Positions 1 through 13,776 of a DNA stretch of 58,616 nt are shown in pieces. The DNA comes from Hydrurus foetidus (lineage: Eukaryota). The notes under the pieces are model-generated. The model did not search any database. It was not told where the DNA came from and was given only the letters and a program-made list of their open reading frames with translations. A program made the translations under genes and the position numbers. How positions within the stretch are numbered: position 1 is the first letter of the stretch; the number at the start of each line of letters is the position of its first letter. The stretch covers positions 1 to 58,616 of the forward strand of contig UYFQ01000714.1 in the NCBI GenBank assembly GCA_900617105.1, in the 5' to 3' direction.

Positions 1-490
1 TAAATATTCTGTGATGGATTGCTGTCGACTATGGAATAGCATAGCATGCGACATATCTGAAGACGGTCTTAGTTGCGTCAAACAGTAGTGCTGTTAAAAA
101 TGCGTGCTTGACAGTGTAGTCTGTCCTGTCCTGTCCCATCCTATCCTGTGCGATATACAGATAGAGACAGACAGAAGGACAGATGGATGAACCGGTATTT
201 TTCCAAACAAAAACTCCGCGAAAAGTGTTCTTCCGTTCCTTCATCTTTTTAGTTTGATCTCAATTGACAATGTTCCAGTGAAAAAAGGAATAAAATGAAA
301 GAAATAAAATGAAAGAAAATAAAGTGAAATGAAGCGAAGTGAAGCGAAGAGAGGTGAAGAGATGTGAAGAGAAGTGAAGTGCAAAATTTTAGAGCTGAGG
401 AAGGCAGGATTTTTGCAATGTCACTATTCATGTTCTGATTTCTGCGGCATTACCACTACTGCGCATTTTCATCTTAATTGCTCTGAGAAG

Positions 491-3400
491 GTGCGGAGTG
501 GTTCAAGCGACAAGAAGGGCAGCCCGGAACATTCCTAGGATGGCAGGGAATCGTCCCAACCAAAGTGAAAAAAATGGGAGGTACCAATACGTATCTGATA
601 AATGAGATGTGGCGAATTGGCTGACAGCAGTGTGCGATGTATGTTGCATTACTATATTTGATAAAAATTGCGCAAGATATGATTGATGCAGTCAAGATAT
701 GTGTGTTTGGGTGGATATCCATTCAATATTTCATGCCGTAAACAAGTCTGTTCCACATCTAATCCGATCCTCCACACAATTTTATTCCCCGCAACTTTTA
801 ATCACACACATACAATGCAGGGGACATCGCTGACACGCTGCTAAACGATTTGCTCGATTTGAAGAAGGTGTTTGCGAGGATAAACACGAACAAGCTCACT
901 CCTCTCATCGTGCCGTCTCTGTGCAGAGAAATAAACGCAATCATAAAGAAAGAAGGTAATTGGTGGAATATTGATGACTTTAGTTCTTTCTATTCACAGG
1001 CATAATTCCTGTCAGCGGAATGCATCACTGTATTACTTGTTCAGAGAGACTGTACGCTCGATACCACCATTTCAAAGCAATTTCCTCTCGATTGAAATTG
1101 TACCAATGCATCAAGTAATCACAGATTTGCTCTGTGATTTGAGACATAACTCTACAATGACCTTACAAGTACCTCTGCTAGCCTCGAGTGCTCAGGCTGC
1201 TTTTCTCCTCTACTCAATTTAATTACACTCTGCGATCTAACATGTAGACTTATCTTCTTTTCTCTCACTGGCATTGATGCCAAAAATACGATCATCTCAG
1301 TAACCTCATCATCAAAGCGACTTCACAATCTTCATTCAGTGTTCAGGGACGAGAAGAAGGATTTCGGAGACTGGAACGGACTGTACGTGTTGGCCGTAAA
1401 GAGCCGGACGGAAGCAGCCGTAAAAAGAATTACTGATAAGGTCAGATTTTGATTCATTGATGACTGATGATATTCCCTGACCTTCTGGGACATTGTGAAG
1501 TATTCATCCCGTCTATTGATTGACTTGACATCATGTCGTTGATGCACCGTATACCCGACTTGACTTGTCGGATATACGGTGCATGAAAGGTCTAGTGTCT
1601 AGTGTCAAAATAATGCAGAAAAGACATTAAAATGAGAATAACGTAGAGTAGAGTAAAACAGTATCCGGTACATTTGCAGGACAACTCGCCATCTTTGCAG
1701 CAGTCATCTCTCCACTCACTCACTCACTCGCTCGCTCACTCACTCGCTCACTTACTCACTCATTTACTCACTCACTCGCTCGCTCACTCACTCGCTCACT
1801 CACTCACTCGCTCACTCACTTCCTCTCTTTTGCCGTCCCTCTCTTTTACCCTCCCTCCCTCCCTCTTATTCTCGCTTTCTCGCTCTTCCCTAACACTTCC
1901 CCATAGATAAAGCTGGATCCCCTGAGGTACATGGACATAAAAGCGATGGTAGTATCTGATCTGGCCAACGACAAGAGACTCATAGTAGACCTCTTCCAGA
2001 AGTGCGGAAGAGACGAGTTGAAGTTCATCGTAACCACAGGGTTCTGGGGAGGTAAATACTATTGGCAAGCTGTGATGTTTTTTTTAGCGTCATGTGAGAG
2101 ATGACAAGTTTTTAGTTTTTGTGTTCGCTCTTCTGGCTTCTGCAGAGAATATTTTCTTTTCTTAATGGGCATCCCTCTGATCTATTCCATTCATTTTATT
2201 AGCGGGCTGTGTATGTAGTGCGCATGACCTACTTCACAGAACATCAGTAAATGCCAGTCTCAATCGGCTCAACTAATTTTCTGTCATAGATCCCCATGGG
2301 GACTACTAACTTAGATCCGTCATATATGGCAGCATATGACTTCCTATCACATTATCTAATCGAATGAATCCAATCCAATCCATCCTCCCCGTCCAATATG
2401 ATTCCATTTTGTCGTATCAAAAGGACTTCTTCTAGGTGTGTTTCAGATGGCTGTGTGGCTGCTGTGGGACCCTTGGTGGTCCCTAGCCCTGGGAGGAGCT
2501 GCCGTGGGTTACCTCACTGACTGGTTCGCCCTTAAGGTATCATTGCGAAAAGACGAGATGAGATGAGACGAGATATGATGTGATGTGATGAGACGAGATG
2601 AGATGAGACGAGATGAGATGAGATAAGAAGAGATGAGACGAGACTAAATGAGATGAAATGAGATGAGATTTGTAGGATCTACACTCCTCGACTGACTAAC
2701 TCACTGACTAACTGACTCGACAGACAGGCCGATTTATTTGCTCTCACTGAATGATCATGACCTGCCAACATACGTACCCACGTCATTACATCCCACCTAT
2801 CCCCACCTGCACACACACACACACCTCAAGGAGATGCTATTGTATCATCACTGCCTCTGCTTATTCTCTCTCACACATACACACACGCACTAGATAATGT
2901 TCGAGCCCGTTGAAGCGAAATTCATTGGACCGTTTAAAATCCAGGTAACCACAACACTTAAATAATTTGATCTCATATCATTAATTTCATTGAATGCTGC
3001 ACTAGTGCCAGTTAAGATCGCAGCCTTATGTCTAAAGTTGAGCTTAGAACTCTCCTGTGCAGCGTCATCAGATGCCGTAAACACAGATCCCTCAGTCATT
3101 CCATGTTAATTTCTACCCTGTGCTGTTCTGTCCTGTCCTGTCTCGATTCTCGCCTCAACTCACGCACACACACGTACGTACGTACTATCCCCAGGGATTG
3201 TTCTTGCAGCGCCAAGAGGAAGTGTCCAGAGAATTCTCAACTTTCATGACAGCTAAATTACTGACACCTGAGAAAATATGGAATGAAATAAGTAACGGTT
3301 AGTATGGCATAGCATAGTATAGTAGAGTGCAGTATAATACGGCATAGCACATATTGCGCGGGATATTATTCGTCTGCATGCTGCGTTTCCTTCACTACTC

Positions 3401-4719
3401 TTCCCTGCTCTTCCTCCTCAACAGCATTCTATGATGTTGCAATTTATAGTAGCGATTTAAATGAAAATGCCGCTTGATAATTTCCAAATAAAGTTCATTT
3501 AACTACACGCAGTGTTCGTTGCTACTTCTCTTTCTTGTTAGTCTCTCTATCTTCTTTCTTGCATTTTTATTGTTTTCTTCTTTTTTTAAGAAGTAAATCA
3601 ACTTTTTATTTGTCCCTTTCTCTCTCCCTTTTTTTTCTTTCTTTTTCCTTCTTTTTCTAGGGACTCGATCCAGTGCGTTACGCTCCACAATAATCGAAGA
3701 GCTGAAAGCCGAACTAAATATACTTTCCTTCAACATCGACCCTAAGAGGTGGACGGGCATCGCAGACAGGGTGGCTCTCGTGCTCCCCTCCGCTGCTGCC
3801 CCCTCTCACTCCTACCTTGCGAAGGTCAGTACATACGTATGTGTCCTGTACGTGCATACGAATATGCATATTTGACAGGGCTGTGTTGTGTTGTGATGTG
3901 ATGTGACGTGATGTGATGACATGTGACGTGATTCGATTATATGATGTGATTAGAATACTACTGAAGACGCTGAGGCGATGATGATAATAACGATGGTGCG
4001 TGTCGGTGTCACTGATGACGAACACCATTTTATCACACTGAGTCATCACGATTAAACCACAAATTGATTGCTCTTCTACAGTCTGTTCCAATGTGACAGA
4101 ACACGCAATTTCGATAAGATTTAGGTTAACACAAATTGATTAAGTTGCTTTTCCTGCTACTCTTGAAATTCTTGGCAGTCTTATTGCATGCTTATGAAAA
4201 AAAAGTGTCGGTATCATATGATGTAATTGCAGCCGCAGATGCATACCTACTTAAAATAATCGAAAACACGACTTGTCATTGTGCGTTGCATTATGATATG
4301 TTGCACAATGTTATCTAATTTCTTGTTATGTAATCTCCCCGAAATAATTGATTGGAGACCTTGGATCTTGAAGAAACCCTGAGACTGGCCATGATGAGCA
4401 TGAGCAGTGCGCAGTTCGAAACCATACTGCACCCAGTATTCCAGGTACACCTATCCTTCTTCGCTCCCTATCTTCCTTTCTTAATCCTTCCCACCCCCCT
4501 ACCTATGTATCGACCTACCTACCTTCTTCGCTCCCTCGCTCCCTCCCTCCCTCCCCCTCCCTCCCTCCCTCCCTCCCTCCCTCCCTTTCTCTCTTAATCA
4601 TCATCGAATTAAAAACACACTGAACCGCCATCTAATTTAAGGAGGATGAAGCTACTTTGATCGGAGTGGGTGCGACTCTTGGAGCTCTCTCAGGCCTGGC
4701 ACAAGTCCCTTTCTATTGA
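491..4719 (+). CDS. Multi-exon DUF445/UPF0754-like membrane protein; 5' part probably upstream of the window
   Basis: Short GT-AG exons between microsatellite-rich introns (approx. 491-580, 821-956, 1348-1439, 1906-2051, 2436-2537, 2894-2945, 3195-3297, 3661-3824, 4358-4444, 4642-4719) give FLGWQGIVPTK, DELKFIVTTGFWGG, GGAAVGYLTDWFALKIMFEP, QGLFLQRQEEVS and FETILHPVFQ|EDEATLIGVGATLGALSGLAQ, resembling DUF445-type proteins. Some exon borders are approximate. Confidence 0.75.
1713..1820. repeat. (CACT/CGCT)n intronic microsatellite
   Basis: Tandem cactcact/cgct units. Confidence 0.9.
2551..2668. repeat. (GAGAT)n-type intronic microsatellite
   Basis: Degenerate gagat/gagac pentamer array. Confidence 0.85.
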
Positions 4720-4801
4720 GTAGACTGACCTGAGCCGAACTCGAGGAAAATGCCTCATCTATTTCTTACCGTCTCTCCCTTCCTCCCTTCCTCTCAAGGA
4801 C

Positions 4802-4866
<65 letters not shown>
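4802..4866. repeat. (TGAT)n microsatellite
   Basis: About 16 perfect tgat units downstream of the DUF445-like stop. Confidence 0.95.
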
Positions 4867-4871
<5 letters not shown>

Positions 4872-5712
4872 CTCTCAGTCTGTGTAGCGCTACGATTGAA
4901 TTTGTGGAGCATTGGGTGTCTTAGATTGCTCCTATCATGGTATCCGATACTAATTACGAAGTGGACCTTGGACCGCGTCATGGAATCTATCACACCAGAG
5001 TGACAGTAGTGTATCCACCAGACTGTCCTATCATTTTGGATGCTATATTTATGGCCGCGTATAGCGGCGTGTATTGCTTGTGATTTGCACGTATTAGAAT
5101 TATTTTGTTGACAACTGCATTTGAGATAAACGTGGAGACTTCTTTGACCTGCTAATGGTCGCCTTTTCATTTCTTTTCTTCTTTCTTACTCGTAGATCGC
5201 TCCATATTTAGTTCCTTCTCCATGATCTTTGACAACTTCTATTAATCTGAATATCAAAAAGTTCTTTTTTAAAAACCCGAATTTTTCCGGCACAACCTGA
5301 AGCTGGCGAGACTCTGGACTTGAGTGAGAACCTGGATCGGTTACGAAAACAGACGGCACTTTCTGTCCGATCGGAGTGTACGTACTGTACGGAGTGCGCA
5401 GACGTTCGCACAAGCCGAACCGGATAAAGAAACAAATACGAATTCGTTGAAGAACGAAATCCATTTCGCAGCCACGTATTATCTCCATCGGATCCCCAGC
5501 CAGCCTCCTACCTCCTACACGGTGACAATTCTTTCACTGGTGCAAGACCATTCTTCGAGACATTTGAACTTTTGCTGATAACGGAAGACCTCAATTTAAG
5601 GTGGAGGCTTATCCCCAGAACATGTTACTGTAACAGTCAGTATCAGTGAATTCCGTGGACTGTTACGTATCGAAAATCAGACTCGAATCCAGCGACAAAG
5701 CGATAACACAAG

Positions 5713-8700
5713 ATGATCAGTTTCGTGTCTGAGCTTTTCGTCATCGGACTCGTGCTGACAAATAGTTTTCAATGCCACCATCACTTTAAACATCAGCGCC
5801 GGATAAGCAGCAGTAATAGCATTGATCAAAAGTCTGTTCTTTTTATGGCCGTGACATCCGACATAGATGTATCAGTTCCTTCAACTATTCAAGATCCCGT
5901 TAATGGTGGTCCTGAAGTACCATCTTCACCTGCGGCTACAGTATATGTCCCCAGAGTAGGTCCTGCAGTAACGCAGACAGCAGGTCAGCCTCGAACTTAT
6001 GTTCCTAGAAACGTTGCGCAGGAGCCAAGACCATATCAGGGAACAGGTCCGCGTGTATACAAACCTAGAACAGAACAGACAAGCACATCACCAGCGAAAC
6101 CCTCTTACGATGGGAGATCTAATGTTAGAGAGCCATCATCGCAATTTTTGACGATGCCACAGCTGCTTATACGCTATAAGGTGCCCCGCATTAAATCTGA
6201 ATTTAAGATTCAACTGGAAGGACTACAGGAAACATTCAGGGAACAGAGTGATGCCGCTAGAGGCTCATCGTACAGTAGTGGAGGTGGACGATCATACAGC
6301 GACAACAGGGGCTCTGATAGTTTCGACGCTATTTTCGCGCAGAACACTGGTAAAAAAGGAGCTGTAGGAGTGAAAGGCAAGGGCAAAGATGGTGAAGAAG
6401 GTGACGGCAGTAGAAAGGCTAGAAGCACAACATCTCGTAGATCGAATAACGTCGGAGAAGATGAAGAATTTACAGAGGATAGTGGGGAAGAGGAAGTTGT
6501 TGACTACGGCGACGAGGTGAACAGAGGCCTGTCAAGCATTTCAGCTGGTGACTTACAAAGAATGGAACAGGATGGTTATACTCTCGAGGAAATGCAAATG
6601 ACTTTGTACGGAGAGTACGGAATTAAAAGTTCTCTGAGCGCCATTAGACGGAAACTTCAGGAAGATAAGAAGGAGAGAAAGACCAAGGTGCGGACTGGCA
6701 AGACTAGACGGGACCGTACTAAGGCCAGAAACGCTAAGTACAACTCACCCATTGACAGAGGAATCACACTGCCAGAAGGCTCTCTCATTCAAATTATTGA
6801 GCTTGCACGTCTGATGGAGGTTGGTGGAGGGGAGGTGGTGAAGCACCTGATGATCAACATGGGTATCATGGCATCCATGACGCAGAGTATCGAGGTATCA
6901 ATCGCTAAGAAAGTCATCGAAGCATTCGGTAAAAAACTGGCTGGCGATGATGATGAAGAGGATGAGGAGGACGATGATGAAGAGGAAGACGAGGGGGACG
7001 AAGAGACTACCAAGGAAGGAGTGGTTGTTGAGAGAGTGTCCCGTCCTCCTGTGGTTACCATCATGGGTCACGTAGATCACGGCAAAACCACACTATTAGA
7101 TAGCATTAGAAAAACACAAGTAGCGAAAGGGGAGGCAGGTGGCATCACACAGGGCATCAGTGCATTCAAAGTGAAGACCAGCCACGACAACTTTGTTACA
7201 TTCATCGACACACCTGGTCACGCAGCCTTCAGTGAAATGAGAAAGAGAGGAGCTAATGTAACTGACATTGTTATCTTAGTGGTCGCTGCTGACGATGGTA
7301 TCATGGAGCAAACTAAAGAGTGCATTGCAGCAGCCAAAGCTGCTAACTGTCCCATCGTGGTCGTCATCAACAAGGTGTGTATCTCTGCCTCTATCTCTAC
7401 CTTGATCTCTCCCTCTGTCTCTCCGCAGAGCAAGTCACTGCTTTCAACTCGACAAATCGCATGTAAATAATATCAACTTCCTTACTGGCTAAATTAATGC
7501 AACCATCATGTCACGTTAGATTGACAAAGAAGGCGCTGATCCTCAGAAGGTTCTCACAGGACTGATGAGTTACGACATCCTCACCGAGGAGTTCGGAGGT
7601 CAAGTGCAGTGCGCCAAGGTGTCCGCTAAGTCAGGAGAGGGAATTGACGAGCTGCTGGAGAAAGTCCTCCTCCAGGTACGCACTCCACAATCCATCCAAT
7701 ATCTAGCTTCTGTTGCATTGAACTGCTTCAATGACTGCAGGTGTTCATAATCCTCCACTCTGTCACCTAAACTGCCGTAGGCGGAGGTGATGAACTTAAG
7801 AGCACCTGTCGACACACTAGCAGAAGGCACAGTCATCGAAGCGAGAGTCGACAAGGGCATGGGCGTAGTCGTCACTGCACTGGTGCAGAAGGGCAGTCTC
7901 AAGATCGGAGACTACGTGCTTGCAGGTCCGTCATGGGGCAAGGTTAGACGGCTGGTCAGCGATCAGAGAGTGGAGCTGAAGGAAGCGGGACCATCGACAC
8001 CTGTGCAGGTACTCACCACCGCACCTCACCTGCGCGAGTGATCTGTCTGCATATTACCCCGCCATACTGACAACCATCTATTTCTTTGCTCAGATTGTCG
8101 GTATGAGCACAGTCCCAAATGCTGGTGACGTCTTCACGGTGACTGCCAACGAAGCCAGTGCGAGAGAGGTGGCCGAGGCGAGACAGAGACTCACCAGACA
8201 AGCAGCAGGGTCAGCATCGGCAGCAGCCATCAAGGCGAATGCACAGGGCTTCTCCGAGGGCATCATGGACACGAGGGACATCATCAAGGTGCCCCTGCTC
8301 ATCAAGGGTGACGTGTCCGGGTCCGTGGAGGCGCTCAGACAGTCCATCGACAACCTCATGCTCAGCGATGACGAAGCCATTTGCAAGGCAGACATCGTTT
8401 TCTCAGGAGTAGGTGACGTGTCATCATCTGACGTGGCAGTTGCAGCGGCATCGAAAGCAAAGGTCGTTGCCTTCAACGTGGCTGCTGGCTTCAACGCCAT
8501 GGAGGAGGCGAGAGCTAGCAACGTGGAGATTGGGTACTACAATGTCGTGTACGACCTCCTCGACGAAATAGCCGCCACCATCAAGACCACACTCGCACCT
8601 CCTCCTCCTGGAACCTTGATAGGCCGCGCTGAAATCAAGAAAGTCTTCAAGCTGGGCAAGGCAGGCAAGATTGCAGGATGCCTAGTCACTGAGGGCATGT

Positions 8701-8915
8701 TGAAAGCTGAGTCCCAAGTTCGTATTATGAGAGGGAAGAGAAACCCCATCTTCACTGGAACGCTCTCTAGTCTCAAGGTAGTCAAGGACGCAGCTGCCGA
8801 GGTGCCTAACGGCAGCGAATGCGGTATGAGTTTCACCGACTATCAGGATTTCGAGGAGGGAGATATCGTGGAGTGTTTCGTGGGCGGAAACACTGATAAA
8901 GACGATGATAATTAA
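5713..8915 (+). CDS. infB: Translation initiation factor IF-2, plastid-targeted (4 exons)
   Basis: Exons 5713-7374, 7520-7675, 7781-8008, 8094-8915 splice in frame. G-domain motifs [37 protein letters not shown] across intron 1; [18 protein letters not shown]-terminal hydrophobic signal peptide ending TNS-F. Confidence 0.97.
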
Positions 8916-9661
8916 ATAATGATTTGACATACGGAGAGCCCGTTAGGTCTCACAAGTCACACTACACTGTACAGGAGGTAGATCACACTTACTATTTGTT
9001 CATTCCATCTTTTTGATATATCTGCTCGACATTGGATGCTGAAGAAAAACGGCTCGACCGGGCCCGACTCGCCCCCCTCCTCCCCCTCGGCTCGCTCCTC
9101 ACCCCGCCCATTACAGGCGCGGTATCAGTAAGGGGCAGTGCGGAGCCTACTGACTAAGCGCACTGCTCAGTCGGTGCCATCCTCGCATAGCCCGTTCTCT
9201 TTTCTTCTTTCATCCACCGTTCGTTCACAGTGTACAATACCTCTAGTTATATATTCTTTCTTGTTTCTTTTCTTTCGATCCTCCCATAGCAAACTGTATT
9301 TAATGAGGTTCTGGCTAACTTACATCTTCGGCATATCTACAATATCCGAGCAATGACTGCTAACCCAGATCGTCCCATACCCAATCAGCACTTGGGTCCA
9401 CGATGGGATGATCGTCATCTACCGCCCTTTCCAGCAGCAGTCGGTTAGAGTGGCAGACATATTGAAAATGCAGGACTTTAAAGCGATTAGATCAATACTG
9501 TGACTCCACAGCTAGGAACATGTAAAACAATATTACCAGTCACGCTATAGAAAGCACCTCAACAAACAAACTCCTATGAGGTGATGAGAATTAGCACCCC
9601 ACATAGGAGGAGCTGCAATCTACAGCTGCATTACAGAACGATAACTTCACCGGGTTATGTA

Positions 9662-10555
9662 TTACCGAAGCAGAATAAAATGTCCGCTTTTCGTGCCAAA
9701 ACTTAAAGGCACCCATTTACGGACATACTAAATCAATTGAAGATATACTTTAAAACTCAAAAAAATACTTTTAAACGTGTGTAAAAATACTAAACATGTA
9801 ATTTTCTACTACAAGATTTGTTTACTCAAATGTGTGTAACTTCTACTATTTCAATAAAAGCTGTACTAAAAACAACGAAATGATACTATTTAGATAGACC
9901 AGTGTACTAATACCTGTGAGTCCGTTGTTGGTCTACCAACTGATAGATATCATCCGATTTTGTTTCGTGCGCAGCCAATCAAGGCTACGTCAACAAATTA
10001 AGGCTTTTCTAACCCTATATCTACTGACAGCTGTAATTATCTACTAATTTCTTAACCCTAACCCTGACCGCCCCCGAGCCATTCTAATCCTAACTGAAAC
10101 CAGATGAAAAACGATATGACTTCTGCGTGATCACCCGAAGTTCCTATTATGAAATTCCAAAAAAAAAGTAGAAATAAAAGTGTAGCATCTTAAAATTAGT
10201 ATTGCGCACCAATTTAAGTACGACTTCCATGAAATAGTAGGTCGATCTTTACTTTAGGGTGTAAAATCTATATTTTAGTACAGCTGTGTTTTGGTAAATT
10301 TTTCAAGATTTTGGTACAAAATCTATGTTATAGTATTTATTTCCAGATTTTAGTATGCCCATATATTTGCCCGAAACTTAAACACCTCGGGTCACTTCCA
10401 AATCACCCCACACCATACTAAAAAAGCAAAAAATCTGGGGAACCTTCCTCTTTTTGATTTTTAGTATGGTGTGGGGTGAGTTTTTGACCATGCCACACAC
10501 ACGTTTGAGTTGGATTTTGGGCATGAAAAGCAGACATTTTATTCTGCTTTGGTAA
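9662..10555. mobile_element. Non-autonomous TIR element (family A, copy 1), TA-flanked
   Basis: About 42-bp imperfect TIRs ttaccgaagcagaataaaatgtccgcttttcgtgccaaaa / ttttgggcatgaaaagcagacattttattctgctttggtaa; TA at 9660-9661 and 10556-10557; no ORF; ends shared with 21772-31590. Confidence 0.85.
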
Positions 10556-10990
10556 TACCGTCCCCGTCCTTTCACTCAACGTACTTAGTTCCGCATTTCA
10601 AATCGGTGGTATTTTGAATTATTGCAATAGCTTTTGTGGTCGTTACATAACATCGAAAGCATTGTCATATGTTCGATTATTTTTAAACGCAACTTGTTAT
10701 CGTGTGATAATTAAAATAAACCCAGAATGTCCAGCCATTTCAAACCGACCTCAGTAAAAGAAACTAAGAAAAAGAAACAGCTCCCACCCAGGTCCCAAAG
10801 ACCTTGGACCCGAACATTGGTTTGATGGAAGGTTGCAGCGTGGTTGCAGTTTATCGCACTTCGAAGTTTGTTCGATGGAAACTTCGAAGTTCGATTCGAT
10901 TGCAATATTTGAGTGAAAATTCGAATTCAAATATAGATTTGCATTTGTGGCATCATTCCCAGGTCCAAGTCATAATTCTAGTTTCAAAAT

Positions 10991-11692
10991 ATGATGGTTG
11001 TTCCAGGTGTCTATTCATGGCTTTACGGTGGCGGGAGCTTCGCAGTTGCCCTCCGTCCGACTGGAGTATTTCACTGTCCCCAATATTCAGCGGCTGCGAA
11101 GTGGGCACTAACGAGCAACCCTGATGACGCAGCCAAATTGAATATTGACTGGAAGAATTATGGTCAATATGAGCTCAAAGCCCTGGGAGATGGAAACTTT
11201 GAGGGCAGTCAAAAAGGAAAACCATCGAACTGGCGAAAAATGTCTTTTGTACGTTCCTTCAACGCTCACGAATTGCTTATGATGGGCGACGGAGGAGGCT
11301 CAGCATGGAACTTTGCTTGGGAGAATGGATCATTCGAAGTCGAGTTCCGCTGTGATGGCTACAACCACTTCATATGCAAGTCTTATCCCGCTCACTCTCA
11401 CTGGAACATGGAGGACAACAAAATTCTGATCAACTGGGACAAATACGGTTCGACAATTTGAGCACATGCAACGGACTTACCATCCGTTTCTAACATTGTG
11501 AATTTCTGACTAGGTGAATACGAGCTTGTATTGGATGCCGCCACTGGACAGATGAACGGATGCAAGAAAGGAGAACCTAATAATTGGAGGAAAGCACAGT
11601 TTCTGAGAAACCTGGATTCCTCATCAATCGATTCCGTCCCATCACATGATCACTCTGATGAACACGTGCATGGTGAGCACTGCAACCACTGA
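10991..11692 (+). CDS. Uncharacterised protein with two tandem ~90-aa repeats and a His-rich C-terminal tail (2 exons)
   Basis: Exons 10991-11447 and 11514-11692 join in frame. Repeat pattern GSFxVxxRxxGxxxFxCxxY...W...IxWxxYGxYEL...GxxKGxPxNWRK occurs twice. Ends SHDHSDEHVHGEHCNH*. Confidence 0.8.
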
Positions 11693-12567
11693 TAACCTTA
11701 GATTCACTCGCCAGACCTAGATACATAATTAGAAACATTTCAGGAAAAGGCGACACGAATCTTACTCAGCCGATTACTAACAATATTATTTTCGGCACCG
11801 TTTTTCTTCGCGAATATTAAGATCAGCTGAGAAAGCGAAAACTGAACGAATGACGTCGAGAGAAAAGATCCGGAACTCCTTCCGAGAAAGATTGGATGAT
11901 ACGTATTTTTCGCTTGAGGGGCTACTGAGAGGGAATCGAACTTGACATCTTCAAGCAAATCCTGTAAATGTACAGAGCAAAACTACTCCACAACGACAAA
12001 AGTGTATTCTGCAAATGACACAGAGCGACACTACTCTACAAAGATAACTATTTTTGGATGAAGTGTAAGCACTCTGCATGCCACGTCACGTGTTGGGCGG
12101 TCCTCACAATTTTTATTCTATCTGCGTCACGAAACAGAAAGCAGCGGCGCTCCTGCTATTTGATTTCTTCACTACATTAGACATGGTCTTGTAGCTCCTT
12201 CGAAACAAAGAACATCCATCCAAACTATCCACCATCAACACACCTTAATTTCTTGATCTTTCTTTACCTGTACACACCACCGTACGTGCGCTGAACAATG
12301 TTGAACTTCAAGGAACTCATTTCAGGAACACAGAACGAAGTGAAGTAGACCCACACGTCCAACGTGTCGGACCCAACATGACTGACGAATCGAATGACGT
12401 TATCTTTGATATTCGATCACCGACGTCCACAGTACCTCGATCTCATCTCTATGAGTATCACCTGAACAGCGTTGTAGCTATGCTTCAAGGCTGTGCTGAG
12501 AAAAATTTATTAAAATACCCGGTAAAAACTGTCATTTCCATCGGACGCTCCCTTCAAGTTCGTCAAC

Positions 12568-13776
12568 ATGCAGTCCCTGACCTCGGAAGAGGAGATGTAC
12601 AAGCTCTGCTCTGAGACAGAGGATGTTACGAAAATCAATATAGAGAAAAAACAGGATTCTGAATATGTTCACAACAGCAGAGGCCAGAAACTTCATGTTC
12701 ACTCGTACTGGCCGGAGGAGGAGAATTTGATAGCCATCGTAATATCTCTGCATGGTATGGGTTGCCATTCTAACCGGCCCATGCAGAGATACATGGCAGA
12801 ATCTTTCAATAAAAGCGGTCTGGGCTATATTTGTTTGGACTTTCATGGACATGGCTACTCTGATGGACTCAGAGGACTCGTTGACAGTCCAGAATACTTG
12901 CTTGACGACGTCATGAGCCTCTTGAACGCTTTGTACGATGACTCGCCGTCTTCTTCATCTACGGACTGCCGACTGAACAGACGTCTCGTTAGCACTCCAT
13001 TTTTTTTAATGGGGCACTCAATGGGCGGCAGTACCGCAATTTCTCTTGGCCACATGCTTTCTGATCGAGAGTTGGTAGCTGATCCACCACTTGGCGTACG
13101 GCAGCCAATATCTAAAATATTTCGGGGTTGTCTGCTTTTGTGTCCCGCAATAGACATCAAGATGCCCTCTATCTATATCGTCACTGTTTTAGACTATCTC
13201 GTGGTTCCTCTATTTCCAAATTGCTCAGTACCCGAGATGCTCGTTTCAAGAAAGTCAAGCCAGAACCTCATTTGGAGCAACAAAATGTTTCAGGATTACG
13301 TCTCTCGTGATGGTTATCCAGGCAATCCCAAAGGACTAAGTTATGGTGATCCAGTTCGATTCCAGACAGCATCAACGCTAGTAAAGCTGGCAGCGAGATT
13401 GAAATCATTGCTTTCTGAGATTCGGTTTCCATTCATTGTCTTTCATGATCCGCTTGAGCAAATTGTACTTGTTCACGGGTCAGAGAGGCTCATAAAAGAT
13501 TCTCTAACGCTACCTGGCCGTAAGTCGATCGTCATGGTTGAGGGAGGTCTTCATGATCTGTTATCAAATAATTTCACTTCCATTACAGAGAAATCAATTG
13601 AGTGGATAATGTCGGAGATGAAAATGGGCCACCATGATTTAAGGATGGGGTCAGATGCGATAAAAGAGTCAAAGAGGCCAATCGAGAGAGATTATGCCTC
13701 CTATTTTTTATTCTTTTGCAGCCTCTCTGTAGTTTTGGTCGTACTTCGCTCCCGCATTACGGACATTCTGTACTGA
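12568..13776 (+). CDS. Alpha/beta hydrolase (monoacylglycerol lipase/lysophospholipase-like, Hydrolase_4 type), intronless, C-terminal TM segment
   Basis: ISLHGMG oxyanion motif, DFHGHGYSDG, GHSMGG nucleophile elbow, GGLHDL catalytic His, hydrophobic C-terminus. Confidence 0.9.
   Translation: MQSLTSEEEMYKLCSETEDVTKINIEKKQDSEYVHNSRGQKLHVHSYWPEEENLIAIVISLHGMGCHSNRPMQRYMAESFNKSGLGYICLDFHGHGYSDGLRGLVDSPEYLLDDVMSLLNALYDDSPSSSSTDCRLNRRLVSTPFFLMGHSMGGSTAISLGHMLSDRELVADPPLGVRQPISKIFRGCLLLCPAIDIKMPSIYIVTVLDYLVVPLFPNCSVPEMLVSRKSSQNLIWSNKMFQDYVSRDGYPGNPKGLSYGDPVRFQTASTLVKLAARLKSLLSEIRFPFIVFHDPLEQIVLVHGSERLIKDSLTLPGRKSIVMVEGGLHDLLSNNFTSITEKSIEWIMSEMKMGHHDLRMGSDAIKESKRPIERDYASYFLFFCSLSVVLVVLRSRITDILY

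Noticed and set aside
6210..8930. Antisense ORFs overlapping IF-2 (and similar ones over pol and the transposases)
   Set aside because: Shadow ORFs of long coding sequences with no independent motifs
10054..10066. taaccctaaccct as a telomere
   Set aside because: Only two units, internal to a MITE
10855..10930. Repeated ttcgaa motifs as heat-shock elements
   Set aside because: Spacing does not fit alternating nGAAn pentamers
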